The notes beneath the pieces were generated by a model. It ran no database searches. It was given only the letters and a program-made list of their open reading frames with translations, and was not told the origin of the DNA. From contig CABZNL010000005.1 in assembly GCA_902527045.1 (NCBI GenBank), forward strand, positions 332 to 64,331: a stretch of DNA of 64,000 bases, given 5' to 3'. A program made the position numbers and the translations under genes. Source of the DNA: an uncultured Alphaproteobacteria bacterium. Lineage in GTDB: Bacteria; Pseudomonadota; Alphaproteobacteria; HIMB59. Below, one piece after another: positions 29,737-39,690 of this stretch. Numbering within the stretch: position 1 is the first letter of the stretch; each line of letters opens with the position of its first letter.

Positions 29737-30813
29737 ATGTCATCAATTAATATTAAATCTCTTAATAAATATTATGGTAAAACCCATGTTATAAAGGATT
29801 TTTCGCTCGATATAAAAGATCAATCTTTCACCACTTTAGTCGGACCCTCTGGATGTGGTAAATCAACATTATTGAGAATGATAGCAGGTTTAGAGGAGAT
29901 AAATTCTGGAACTATCTCAATAGATGACAGGGAAGTTAACGATTTATCTCCTAAAGATAGAAATATAGCTATGGTATTTCAATCTTATGCTTTGTATCCC
30001 CACATGACAGTTTTTGACAATATGGCATTTGGCCTGAAATTAGAAAAAAGATCTAAAGAAGAAATCAATGAACGAGTTTTAGAAGCCGCAAAAACACTTC
30101 AAATTCAAGACTACCTAGAACGTAAACCCAAACAATTATCAGGAGGTCAACGTCAACGTGTAGCTATTGGAAGGGCTATAACAAGAAAACCACAGGTTTT
30201 TCTTTTTGATGAGCCTCTATCTAACCTAGACGCAGCTTTGAGAGTTCAAATGAGAATTGAATTAGCAAAACTACATGAACAACTAAATACTACAATGGTT
30301 TATGTTACCCATGATCAAACTGAAGCAATGACTCTTTCTAATGAAATTGTAGTCTTAGATCAAGGAGAGATTTCTCAACAAGGGGACCCCATAGAACTTT
30401 ACAATAATCCAAGTAATTTATTTGTAGCAGGGTTTATTGGTTCGCCGAAAATGAATTTTATCCCTGCTCAATACAAATCGTCTTCAAGTGAAAGCACAGA
30501 GGTAGAAGCTCTTGGGACTAACTTAGTTCTCCCAAAAAAGACGACAAGTCAATCAGATGAAAAAGTCACATTTGGTATACGACCAGAAGATATTCATATA
30601 ACTGCTGAATCAGATCATGACTGGGAAAGCAAAGCGTTTGTTGTTGAGAAATTAGGTTCAAATACTTTTATATATTTAGAACATGATAATGAACCAGTTG
30701 TTGTTGAAGCACCTGGAGATAGTCCTGTTAAAGTTGGCGATACTATAAGAGTGAAATTTGATTTAGATAGATCTAATTTATTCAATTCTCAAAATAATAA
30801 TATAATTGGATAA
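29737..30813 (+). CDS. Carbohydrate ABC transporter ATP-binding protein (MalK/AglK-like)
   Basis: GPSGCGKS, LSGGQRQR, FDEPLSNLDA, YVTHDQ, FIGSPKMN. Confidence 0.95.
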   Translation: MSSINIKSLNKYYGKTHVIKDFSLDIKDQSFTTLVGPSGCGKSTLLRMIAGLEEINSGTISIDDREVNDLSPKDRNIAMVFQSYALYPHMTVFDNMAFGLKLEKRSKEEINERVLEAAKTLQIQDYLERKPKQLSGGQRQRVAIGRAITRKPQVFLFDEPLSNLDAALRVQMRIELAKLHEQLNTTMVYVTHDQTEAMTLSNEIVVLDQGEISQQGDPIELYNNPSNLFVAGFIGSPKMNFIPAQYKSSSSESTEVEALGTNLVLPKKTTSQSDEKVTFGIRPEDIHITAESDHDWESKAFVVEKLGSNTFIYLEHDNEPVVVEAPGDSPVKVGDTIRVKFDLDRSNLFNSQNNNIIG

Positions 30814-32134
30814 CCTTTCTGTCCTTAAAGATTTTCCAGATAATTTCACCTTTGGTGCCGCCACTTCATCATATCAAATAGAAGGCAATAGTTATGGAAG
30901 ATGTGGGAAATCTATTTGGGACGAATTCGCCCAAAAAAAATTAAAAGCTATTGATGGTTTAAAGGCTTGTAATCATTATGAATATTTTAGAGAAGATATT
31001 AAGCTCATAAAGGACCTTGGATTTAAAGCCTATCGTTTTTCTTTTGCCTGGCCAAGATTGTTTCCTGAAAATAATTCTAATTTTAATGAAGAAGGTGTTG
31101 ATTTCTATAATCGACTTTTGGATGAGATTTTAAACAATGACTTAGAGCCATTTCCTACTCTATATCATTGGGATTTACCTATTCGTTTCTCAAGAATGGG
31201 TGGTTGGGAAAATCAGGATACTTGTAAGCATTTTGCTGATTACTCATATTTTGTCTCTCAGCAATTTGGAGATAAATTTGAAAAAGTTGCAACTATTAAT
31301 GAACCATGGTGTGTCTCATGGCTGAGCCATTATTTAGGAGAACATGCTCCTGGCAAAAAAGACCTAAAGTCAGCCGTCTTAACTATGCATAATATTTTGT
31401 TAGCTCATGGTTTATCTCTACAAGCCTTGAAATCAAATAAATCTCATAAAATTGGAATAGTGCTTAATAATCTGTACCCAGAACCTTTTAATCAAGAACC
31501 CGATAACTTAAATGCGTTACAATTATTTGATGAAATCCACAATCGATGGTTTTCCGATGCTATTTTTAAAGGGAGTTATCCAAAATTAGCATTAGAGGTT
31601 TTAGGAAATAATTTATCAAAAAATTTTAATGAGGATTTAAAAATAATCTCTCATCCTTTAGAGTGGGTTGGCCTCAATTATTATACGAGGTCAATTATCA
31701 AATATAAAAACTCTGAGGATGGTATTAATTATCAAACCCTCAGGGGATCATTAAAAAAAACTGACATGGATTGGGAGTTTTACCCAACAGGTTTGAGTTA
31801 TTTTATAAAACGAATATCTAACGAGTACAGTAATCAAATTCCTATTTATATTACTGAAAATGGTATGGCCAATAATGATGAGTTAAATGCTAGGAATGAG
31901 GTTAATGATTTAGACCGAGTTGAATATTTTCATTTACATCTTCAAGAAATTTTAAATTGTTTAAATGAAGGTTTAAATATTAAAGGATATTTTGCCTGGT
32001 CTTTACTTGATAATTACGAGTGGGCGTTTGGGTACTCGAAAAGATTTGGCTTAGTTTTTGTAGATTTTGAAAATTTTAAAAGAATTCCAAAAAAATCTTA
32101 TTATGAATTTTCAAAATTTTTAAATAAAAATTAA
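30806..32134 (+). CDS. Glycoside hydrolase family 1 beta-glucosidase
   Basis: FGAATSSYQIEG, TLYHWDLP, INEP (acid/base), ITENG (nucleophile), WSLLDNYEW. Confidence 0.95.
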   Translation: MDNLSVLKDFPDNFTFGAATSSYQIEGNSYGRCGKSIWDEFAQKKLKAIDGLKACNHYEYFREDIKLIKDLGFKAYRFSFAWPRLFPENNSNFNEEGVDFYNRLLDEILNNDLEPFPTLYHWDLPIRFSRMGGWENQDTCKHFADYSYFVSQQFGDKFEKVATINEPWCVSWLSHYLGEHAPGKKDLKSAVLTMHNILLAHGLSLQALKSNKSHKIGIVLNNLYPEPFNQEPDNLNALQLFDEIHNRWFSDAIFKGSYPKLALEVLGNNLSKNFNEDLKIISHPLEWVGLNYYTRSIIKYKNSEDGINYQTLRGSLKKTDMDWEFYPTGLSYFIKRISNEYSNQIPIYITENGMANNDELNARNEVNDLDRVEYFHLHLQEILNCLNEGLNIKGYFAWSLLDNYEWAFGYSKRFGLVFVDFENFKRIPKKSYYEFSKFLNKN

Positions 32135-32139
32135 ATTTC

Positions 32140-32874
32140 TTATCTTATGCTTCTGCCACCGTCGACAGGTATTGTAAGTCCTGTCATAAAAGAGGATGCT
32201 TCACTTGCTAAAAAATAAATTACACTCGCAACCTCTTTGGGTTTGCCTATTCTTCCAATAGGATGGTTTTCTCTCATTCTTTTTTTATACTCTTTAGATG
32301 ACAAATCTTTCTTAAAGGACGCTAACATTGGTGTATCTATTGCACCTGGGGCAACTGCATTAACTCTAATATTATGTTTGGATAAATCGAGAGCAAGAGA
32401 AGCAGTAAAAGATATTATCGCACTCTTGGATGTTGCATAAGCCAACATATTTTTTACTCCACGAACGCTATTTATTGAGGCCAAGTTGATAATAGATGAA
32501 TTTTTTGCTTTTTTTAGGAAGGGGAGAATATGCTTACATGAAAGAAAGGTACCAGTAACGTTATTATTTAGGTGATAAGACCAGTCATTCATTGTGGTTG
32601 TCTCTAAATTTCCACTTAATCTGACACCAGCACTATTAACTAAAACATCAATTTTTTTATATTTATCTTTGATATAAGAAGCCAGATTTTCCCAGTCTAA
32701 ATTATTAGTGATATTAATCTTATGATATTCAATACCTTTAATATCTTTGTTCTTATTATTTTTAAGACAAGTGCCTATAACTCTGTAGCCATTATCTAGG
32801 AATACTTTAGTAGTGCTTTTTCCAATACCTGACTCAGCTCCAGTTATTAAAACAATTTTTTTTTTTGAAATCAA
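32140..32874 (-). CDS. Short-chain dehydrogenase/reductase
   Basis: ITGAESGIG, VNSAG, YATSK, VNAVAPG, PVDGG. Start uncertain; TTG 32874 chosen to avoid a long overlap with iolD. Confidence 0.88.
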   Translation of the reverse strand: MISKKKIVLITGAESGIGKSTTKVFLDNGYRVIGTCLKNNKNKDIKGIEYHKINITNNLDWENLASYIKDKYKKIDVLVNSAGVRLSGNLETTTMNDWSYHLNNNVTGTFLSCKHILPFLKKAKNSSIINLASINSVRGVKNMLAYATSKSAIISFTASLALDLSKHNIRVNAVAPGAIDTPMLASFKKDLSSKEYKKRMRENHPIGRIGKPKEVASVIYFLASEASSFMTGLTIPVDGGRSIR

Positions 32875-32878
32875 AAAA

Positions 32879-34723
32879 TTAGACGCCTTTGCGCTGTTTA
32901 TTCTTTCCAGACTCAAAGTCATTTAAAGCTTTTTTATTATCTTCAGTAATTGGGTCTTGCAGTGTTGGGCTCTCCCAAAAGGCTGTTCCCTCTAACCATT
33001 CATAACCATGAGTTTTAATTGCAATGACATATGTTTTATCTGAGTCTTTGGCCCTTTTAAAAGCTGCTTCTAGCTCTGAGGTAGAGCTCACTGTTTCAGC
33101 ATTGGCTCCCATACTTTTTGCATGATTTTCAAAGTCTACAAATTCTAAATTTGTTGCTCTAGCAGCACGAAGATTACAAATATACTCCTTGCCACCTTTG
33201 GCTAATTGAAGGCGATTGATGACCATATGCCCACCATTATCGCAAACAATAATAATAAGTTTTTGATCATAAAGAACTGAGCTGTAGATATCACTGTTGT
33301 TCAATAAATAGGAACCATCTCCAACAAAGACCACCACATCTTGATCGGGTTTAGCCATCTTAATTCCAAGTGCTCCTGATATTTCATATCCCATGCAACT
33401 AAAACCCCATTCCGTCTCAAAAGTATTTAGTTGCCTTGGTTTCCAAACTTGAACAACCTCTCCTACAAGGCCTCCTGCAGCTGTAACAACAATATCACTT
33501 GGATCTGAATTTCTATAAACCGCCCCTACTGCGTGAGCATATGAGGGCTCTTCTTGATTAGTAGGGCCACTTTGTTTTTCAACGTATGCGTCCCATTCAT
33601 CTCTCTCATTGATTGCTCTTTGGTACCAGGGATCAGGGGCTCTCCAGTCACCCAAAGCTTCTGATATTTTCTGAAGCCCAACTTTAGCATCACTTATAAC
33701 TGGAGTGGCTAAATGCTTGGTAGTATCATAACGAGCTGTATTGACTGAAACTAATTTGAAATTAGGGTTTTCAAAATTTGCCCAAGAGCCTGTTGTGAAA
33801 TCTGCAAGTTTTGTTCCTATAGCAAGGGCTAGATCTGTATCTTTTGAAAGATTATTAGAAGAGCCCTGTCCCAAAGCTCCTACAGTACTAATATAATAAG
33901 GGTCATCTTTAGTCATACATCCAATACCCATTACTGTTGAAGTAACTGGGATGTTGTGTTTTTTTGCAAAGTTTGAAAGTTCTTGCTCTGCTTCAGAGTA
34001 AAGAACTCCTCCACCTGAAATAATTATAGGTTGTTTAGAGTTTTTAAGTATTTCAGCTGCTTGATTTACTTGGCTTGGATCAGGATGAATTCTTCTTATC
34101 TCGTGAATTTTTTCCTCAAAAAATATTTCAGGGAAATCAAATGACTCTCCTTGAACGTCTTGTGACATTGCAATGGTTGCTGGTCCACAATCAGAGGGAT
34201 CAAGCATTACTTGGATAGCTTGAGGAAGAGAGCCAAGAATTTGCTCAGGTCTTGTAATTCTGTCAAAATATTTCGAGACAGGCTTAAAAGAATCATTTGC
34301 AGTTTCGATGGGAGAATTGAAATTTTCGACTTGTTGTAATACTGGGTCAGGAAAGCGACTGGCAAAAGTATCACCAGGAAGGAGCAGTATTGGTAGACGA
34401 TTGCTTAAGGCTACAGCAGCGGCAGTGACCATATTAGTTGCACCGGGACCAACTGATGAGGTGGCAATAAAAATTTGTTTTCTTCTCATCGCTCTAGCAT
34501 AGCCTATACCAGTCAAAGCCATACTTTGTTCATGATGGCCTCTATATCCAGGAAGATCTGATTGAAACTCTTCCATTGCTTGACCTAAGCATGCAACATT
34601 ACCATGGCCATAAATAGCAAATGCTCCAGGAAATAGAGGGGCCTTTTTACCATCAACTATAATTTTTTGCGCAATTAGAAATTTAAAAAGTGCATGAGCA
34701 CAAGACAATTTGATGGTTTTCAT
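32879..34723 (-). CDS. iolD: 3D-(3,5/4)-trihydroxycyclohexane-1,2-dione acylhydrolase (ThDP-dependent)
   Basis: AIYGHGNVACLG, SSVGPGATNMVT, PDPVLQQVE, GFSCMGYEI, VGDGSYL. Confidence 0.9.
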   Translation of the reverse strand: MKTIKLSCAHALFKFLIAQKIIVDGKKAPLFPGAFAIYGHGNVACLGQAMEEFQSDLPGYRGHHEQSMALTGIGYARAMRRKQIFIATSSVGPGATNMVTAAAVALSNRLPILLLPGDTFASRFPDPVLQQVENFNSPIETANDSFKPVSKYFDRITRPEQILGSLPQAIQVMLDPSDCGPATIAMSQDVQGESFDFPEIFFEEKIHEIRRIHPDPSQVNQAAEILKNSKQPIIISGGGVLYSEAEQELSNFAKKHNIPVTSTVMGIGCMTKDDPYYISTVGALGQGSSNNLSKDTDLALAIGTKLADFTTGSWANFENPNFKLVSVNTARYDTTKHLATPVISDAKVGLQKISEALGDWRAPDPWYQRAINERDEWDAYVEKQSGPTNQEEPSYAHAVGAVYRNSDPSDIVVTAAGGLVGEVVQVWKPRQLNTFETEWGFSCMGYEISGALGIKMAKPDQDVVVFVGDGSYLLNNSDIYSSVLYDQKLIIIVCDNGGHMVINRLQLAKGGKEYICNLRAARATNLEFVDFENHAKSMGANAETVSSTSELEAAFKRAKDSDKTYVIAIKTHGYEWLEGTAFWESPTLQDPITEDNKKALNDFESGKNKQRKGV

Positions 34724-34834
34724 TATTCCTCCAAAAACTTAACCGATACGATATTACACGATAGAAAGATAATTTGAATGAAAAACCTTTTAAATTTCAT
34801 ACTTTTTTGACATAACAAATAATCAAGAGATAAA

Positions 34835-35797
34835 ATGAAAATTGCTATTCTAGGTACAGTTCACCCAAAAGGCTTAGAGTTTTTGAAAGACAACGAATTC
34901 GAGGTTTTTGAAGTAGAAAATTTTGAAATTCAAAGCTTAAAGGAAAGTTTAAAAAGCGTTGATGGAATTTTATTAAGAACATCAAAGCTAGATCAAGATA
35001 TTTTACAACATTGCGATAAACTAAAAATCATTTCAAGACATGGTGTTGGCTATGACAATGTTGACTTAGATTTTCTTAATAAGAATAAAATTGCCCTTGG
35101 TATCACATCAAAGTCAAATGCTGCAAGTGTTTCTGAACATGTCATGTCATTTTTTATTTATTTAACTAAAAATCTTTCTTTATCAGATAGTTTGGTTAAA
35201 GAAGGAAATTTTGATAAGAGATCTCAGTTACCTGACATTTTTGAATTATATAAAAAAAAAGTTCTTGTTATTGGTTTTGGAAGAATAGGGAAAGAAGTTG
35301 CAAAAAGGTGTCTAGGGTTTGATATGGAAGTATATGTACACGATCCATTTTTAGATAGTGACTCTATAAAAAAAAATAAATGTATCCCTATAGAAAAAAA
35401 TGAGGGTTTGTCCCTAGCAGACTTTATCACTATTCATTTACCATTAAACGAAAATACAACAAACTTTATTTCTGAAGTAGATTTAAAACTTATGAAAAAA
35501 AATACTGTTCTTGTAAATACATCAAGAGGGGGAATCGTTAATGAAGATGATTTGTATCAAGCTTTAAAAGCAAATAAAATTCGGGGTGCTGGGATGGATG
35601 TTTATATATCTGAGCCACCTGAGCCCAATCATCCTTTTTTTAAATTAGATAATATTTTACTCACTCCTCACAATGCTGCATTAACGTTGGAGTGTCGAGA
35701 GAGAATGTCACTTGAGGCGTCGCAAAATATTGTTTATTTTTTAAAAAATATGAATGAATTAAATAAAGAAAATTTAATCAATAAGAAGTATTTATAA
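34835..35797 (+). CDS. D-isomer-specific 2-hydroxyacid dehydrogenase
   Basis: SRHGVGYDNVD, IGFGRIG, VNTSRGGIV, TPHNAA. Confidence 0.92.
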   Translation: MKIAILGTVHPKGLEFLKDNEFEVFEVENFEIQSLKESLKSVDGILLRTSKLDQDILQHCDKLKIISRHGVGYDNVDLDFLNKNKIALGITSKSNAASVSEHVMSFFIYLTKNLSLSDSLVKEGNFDKRSQLPDIFELYKKKVLVIGFGRIGKEVAKRCLGFDMEVYVHDPFLDSDSIKKNKCIPIEKNEGLSLADFITIHLPLNENTTNFISEVDLKLMKKNTVLVNTSRGGIVNEDDLYQALKANKIRGAGMDVYISEPPEPNHPFFKLDNILLTPHNAALTLECRERMSLEASQNIVYFLKNMNELNKENLINKKYL

Positions 35798-35800
35798 GAG

Positions 35801-36673
35801 TCAAATATCAGTTAAAAGCTGCTTAAATCCTTTAGTTTCAGTTTTTATTTTATGAAGATTACCACCAGCAGTATCATTGATAGGATCTGCCCTTAGGGAA
35901 GTCACATATAAACTTGATAGATCAGTGTCCCCAAATGTTACACAAGTTGGCGTATTAGTAGGAAGGTCAATTTTTTCAATGATTTTTCCATTTTTCGTAT
36001 TTATACAAATAATACATTTTCCCCTAACCCTTGCTGACCAATAATTATTATTAATGTCTACTGTTGCCCCGTCTGGTTCTCCAACATCATTAAAAGTCAT
36101 ATTTGAATCTAATTCGTGAAATTTTTTAAAATCATGGGAGTACTCAAATTTTCTTATTAGGCCAGTCGGTGTATCTGCAAAGTACATAATATTTTCATTT
36201 TGAGAAAAGGCTATACCGTTTGAAACAGTAATATTTGACAAAAGATGAGTTAAGGACAGATCTGGAGCTAATCTATAAAGATTTGCAATTGGCTTTCTAT
36301 TTATTTTATCTTGATCCTCGTTATAAGTGCCAAATACAATTCCACCGTAAGGATCAACTTTTGCATCATTAATGCGAGTTTGTTTTATATTAATTTCAAC
36401 ATCACATATTTTTTTAAAAGAAGAAAAGTCTTGGTTTGAAATAGCAATATGTTTGGGAAAACCAATAATAAATCCATGTTTCTTTCTAGGTAATATAAAA
36501 CCTGCCCTATCTGGCAAATTATAATCAAGGCTTTGATTTTTATTGTCAAGTTTCCAAATTTTTTTACCTTCAATATCTGTCCAAATCAGGGAACTACTTC
36601 TTGGATCCCAAAAACAACTTTCTCCAAGTTTGTTTTTACACGTGAGAGCTGTTGAGACATCTTTACTACTCAT
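35801..36673 (-). CDS. SMP-30/gluconolactonase family sugar lactonase
   Basis: LGES, RINDAKVDP.G, SNGIAFS, PDGATVD, PTCVTFG. Confidence 0.9.
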   Translation of the reverse strand: MSSKDVSTALTCKNKLGESCFWDPRSSSLIWTDIEGKKIWKLDNKNQSLDYNLPDRAGFILPRKKHGFIIGFPKHIAISNQDFSSFKKICDVEINIKQTRINDAKVDPYGGIVFGTYNEDQDKINRKPIANLYRLAPDLSLTHLLSNITVSNGIAFSQNENIMYFADTPTGLIRKFEYSHDFKKFHELDSNMTFNDVGEPDGATVDINNNYWSARVRGKCIICINTKNGKIIEKIDLPTNTPTCVTFGDTDLSSLYVTSLRADPINDTAGGNLHKIKTETKGFKQLLTDI

Positions 36674-36688
36674 TTTTTAGTTTCACAA

Positions 36689-36991
36689 TTAATTAACATT
36701 CTTTATGCAGTTTTCTAAAATTGGTGGAAGGAAATCAAAGTTATTTGACCAAGCATAATGTATTTCTGTTCTCATAAATTCAATGTCCTCTAAAGGGAAG
36801 TGTCCTTCTTCATATTTATTTAATAGTTCTTGCTTTCTTAAGAAAATGTCTTGAGAGGTTTTTTCATCCTTCATTTGAATAAAGAAATCAATTGCTAGCT
36901 CATAAGTTGCAACGCAAATTATTTCATCCTCATTATAAGCAAAAAGATTGTTATAAAAAAATACCAAAATTAATAAGAATATTTTTCTCAC
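36689..36991 (-). CDS. Small hypothetical exported protein
   Basis: Signal peptide, two Cys. Confidence 0.55.
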   Translation of the reverse strand: MRKIFLLILVFFYNNLFAYNEDEIICVATYELAIDFFIQMKDEKTSQDIFLRKQELLNKYEEGHFPLEDIEFMRTEIHYAWSNNFDFLPPILENCIKNVN

Positions 36992-37011
36992 TATATGAAC
37001 ATAAATTAAAG

Positions 37012-38085
37012 TTAAGGTTTTAAAATAAATAAGTTTGAGTTTGTCTCATCAGCAATAATGTATACATTACCTGATTGATCGATTTCTATATCTCTGACTC
37101 TTCCAATTTTATCTTTAAATATGACCTCCTCCTCAACAAATTCATTATTTTTTCTATGTAATACAGATAGGTATTTGTATTTTAGAGAGGAAACTAAAAG
37201 TGAATCTTTCCACTGCGGAAAAGCATTACCTTCATAAAATTTAATGCCACTTACTGCAATAGAAGGCACCCAGATAAACTCAGGTTTTAAAAAACCAGGT
37301 TCCCAAGCGTTGCCATCACCGATTTTTGTACCAGAGTAGTTTATCCCTCCCCATCCAATTTTTTTCCAGCCATAATTAGATCCACTGACAACTTTACCTA
37401 TGAAATCTCCGCCTTTAGGTCCATGATTAGATATATAAATAGTTTTTGTTTGAGGGTCCAAAGTCATACCTTGAGGATTTCTAACACCAATCTGAAATAA
37501 CTCAGGTAACCAATTATTTCCTTTTATAAAAGGGTTATCTTTGGGATATTCTCCATTTTTGTGAATTCTAATAATTGAGCCAATAGAGTTTGTGAAGTCT
37601 TGAGCTATCATGCCCTTTCCTCTCTCACCAACGCTAACATAAAGATAATCATCGAAAATCTCTATTCTTGAACCAAAATGCTTACCATTATCTATGTAGG
37701 GAAGGGCTTCATATATAAGTTTTTCATTTATAAGTTTATTGTTTTGAAGTTCGGCTCGATAAACTGCGGTTGTATATTTTCTTCCTTTTTGAATGGAGCA
37801 GGTTACCCATACAATGTTCTTTTCACTAACAATATCAAGTAAGCCTCCTTGACCAAAAAAAATTGAAGGAATGTTATGTGATATTTGTATCTGAGAAGAA
37901 TTCTTTGTATTTACCAAATAAATTTCACCAGTTTTTTGGGTGATTAGAAGCTCTTCTGAATTTAACCAGCTCATTCCCCAAGGAAAATTTAGTTCTATCG
38001 GAGTCTTCTCTAAGACAATTGAATATGCATTAAAGGTAAATAAAAGAAAAATTGATATAAAATATATAAGTTTTTTTTTAATCAA
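37012..38085 (-). CDS. PQQ-dependent soluble sugar dehydrogenase (YliI/GSDH family)
   Basis: PWGM, GQGGLLD, HFGSRI, GVRNPQG, HGPKGGD, NYGW, GRVRD. Start codon uncertain. Confidence 0.88.
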   Translation of the reverse strand: MIKKKLIYFISIFLLFTFNAYSIVLEKTPIELNFPWGMSWLNSEELLITQKTGEIYLVNTKNSSQIQISHNIPSIFFGQGGLLDIVSEKNIVWVTCSIQKGRKYTTAVYRAELQNNKLINEKLIYEALPYIDNGKHFGSRIEIFDDYLYVSVGERGKGMIAQDFTNSIGSIIRIHKNGEYPKDNPFIKGNNWLPELFQIGVRNPQGMTLDPQTKTIYISNHGPKGGDFIGKVVSGSNYGWKKIGWGGINYSGTKIGDGNAWEPGFLKPEFIWVPSIAVSGIKFYEGNAFPQWKDSLLVSSLKYKYLSVLHRKNNEFVEEEVIFKDKIGRVRDIEIDQSGNVYIIADETNSNLFILKP

Positions 38086-38096
38086 CGAGAATGAGA

Positions 38097-39131
38097 TTAT
38101 TTTACCCCAAGTTTTTTTTGCAAGTCACTTGAAGAGGTAGTATACCTAAAAACATACTTTTTATCAGTATGACAATATTCAAACATTTTTTTTGCAGCGA
38201 GTGCCGCCTCATGAAAACCACTTAGTATCAATTTTAACTTACCAGGGTAGATACAAATATCTCCCACGGCAAAAATTCTTGGTACTGAAGTTTCGAAGTT
38301 TTCTGTATTAACAGAAATTAGGTTTTTTTCTAAATTTAACCCCCACTCTGCGATTGGGCCTAATTCAATTTTTAAACCAAAAAATGGGAATATTGCGTCA
38401 ATGTCATTAATTAACTTACCATCGTCTAGTGTAACTGTAACTTTACCTTTTTCATTAAGAGAAACATTCTTAAGACTTCCCATATTAAAATTTACTTCCC
38501 CCTTATCTACCAACGACATAACTTTATTTACTGAGTCTTGAACACCTTTAAATTCTTTTCTTCTGTGAACCAGTGATACTTTTTCTGCAATACCTTGAAA
38601 TCCCATAACATAATCTAAAGCGGAGTCACCACCACCAATAATTAAAATATTCTTGTCTTGAAAGTCTGTTCTTTTTTTGACTGAATAAAAAATGTTTTTA
38701 TTTTCTAATTGATCGGCTCCCTCTGCTGGAAGTTTCCTTGGAACAAAACTACCTGCTCCAGCGGCTATGACAACAGACTTGCACTTAATTGAAGTGCCTT
38801 TATCTGTTTCTACAAAAATATCATTTTCATTAATTTCAATTTTTGAGGTTAATTGGTTTAGGTGATAAGTAGGGTTGAAAGGTTCAGCTTGTTTAATTAA
38901 ATCATCGGTTAACTCTTGGCCCGTGATAGCTGGTCTACTTGGAATATCATATAAGTTCTTATCAGGGTAAAGCTCAGCACATTGTCCACCAATTTTGTCT
39001 AGATTATCAATGAGATGAGATTTCATATCTAAAAGGCCCAGCTCAAATACTTGGAAAAGACCGCAAGGACCAGCGCCAATTATAACCACATCTGTTTCGT
39101 GACTGGATCCTGGATTTACAATATTATTCAT
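38097..39131 (-). CDS. TrxB-like ferredoxin-NADP+ reductase
   Basis: IIGAGPCG, GGQCAELYPDK, GGGDSA, AVGDIC.YPGKLKLILSGFHEAA; lacks the TrxR CxxC. Confidence 0.88.
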   Translation of the reverse strand: MNNIVNPGSSHETDVVIIGAGPCGLFQVFELGLLDMKSHLIDNLDKIGGQCAELYPDKNLYDIPSRPAITGQELTDDLIKQAEPFNPTYHLNQLTSKIEINENDIFVETDKGTSIKCKSVVIAAGAGSFVPRKLPAEGADQLENKNIFYSVKKRTDFQDKNILIIGGGDSALDYVMGFQGIAEKVSLVHRRKEFKGVQDSVNKVMSLVDKGEVNFNMGSLKNVSLNEKGKVTVTLDDGKLINDIDAIFPFFGLKIELGPIAEWGLNLEKNLISVNTENFETSVPRIFAVGDICIYPGKLKLILSGFHEAALAAKKMFEYCHTDKKYVFRYTTSSSDLQKKLGVK

Positions 39132-39210
39132 GTCTTATATTATAGTAATATATTAAATTTAAGATCAAACAGTTATATATTATCAATAGTTATTGAGGAG
39201 AAATGAATAA

Positions 39211-39594
39211 ATGAAGACTTATCCGGAGCTTTTAGAGGAAGCAAATGCTGAAATCAAATCAGTGAGCCCAGAAGAATTAAAACAGCAATTAGATAATGAA
39301 GAAATTATCCTTGTTGATGTTCGCTCAAAAGATGCCATCGAGGCTGAAGGTCAAATAGAAGGATCAGTTCATGTTCCAAGAGACATGCTGGAATTTCACG
39401 CTGATCAAAGACCAGACAACCCTCTCAGAAAAGAAGAACTTGATCCTGAGAAAAAAATTGTTGTTTATTGTGGAGTGGGTGGTCAAGGAACTTTATCAAC
39501 TAAAACTCTTCAAGATATGGGTTATAAAGATGTATCTAACTTATCCGGTGGAACAAATGCTTGGGTAAAAGCAGGGTTTGAATTAAAAAAATAA
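39211..39594 (+). CDS. Rhodanese-like domain protein
   Basis: LVDVR, VPRDMLEF, VYCGVGG, LSGG..AW; GAGGAG RBS. Confidence 0.88.
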   Translation: MKTYPELLEEANAEIKSVSPEELKQQLDNEEIILVDVRSKDAIEAEGQIEGSVHVPRDMLEFHADQRPDNPLRKEELDPEKKIVVYCGVGGQGTLSTKTLQDMGYKDVSNLSGGTNAWVKAGFELKK

Positions 39595-39599
39595 ATTAG

Positions 39600-39689
39600 T
39601 TATTTATTTTTATTATTTTCGTAAAGCATAGTAGCCATTACTAGAACGGCTCCAAAAATGCCTAGAGGAATCCATGTATCAAAAGACAT
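39600..39689 (-). CDS. Putative 29-aa single-pass membrane microprotein (not in the ORF track)
   Basis: MSFDTWIPLGIFGAVLVMATMLYENNKNK; ATG 1 nt after the Rieske stop; fills the intergenic gap. Confidence 0.55.
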   Translation of the reverse strand: MSFDTWIPLGIFGAVLVMATMLYENNKNK

Positions 39690-39690
39690 T

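Noticed and set aside
34807..34836. TTGACA-N18-TAAAAT promoter match
   Set aside because: The -10 overlaps the start codon, which would put the TSS inside the gene; possibly chance in AT-rich DNA.
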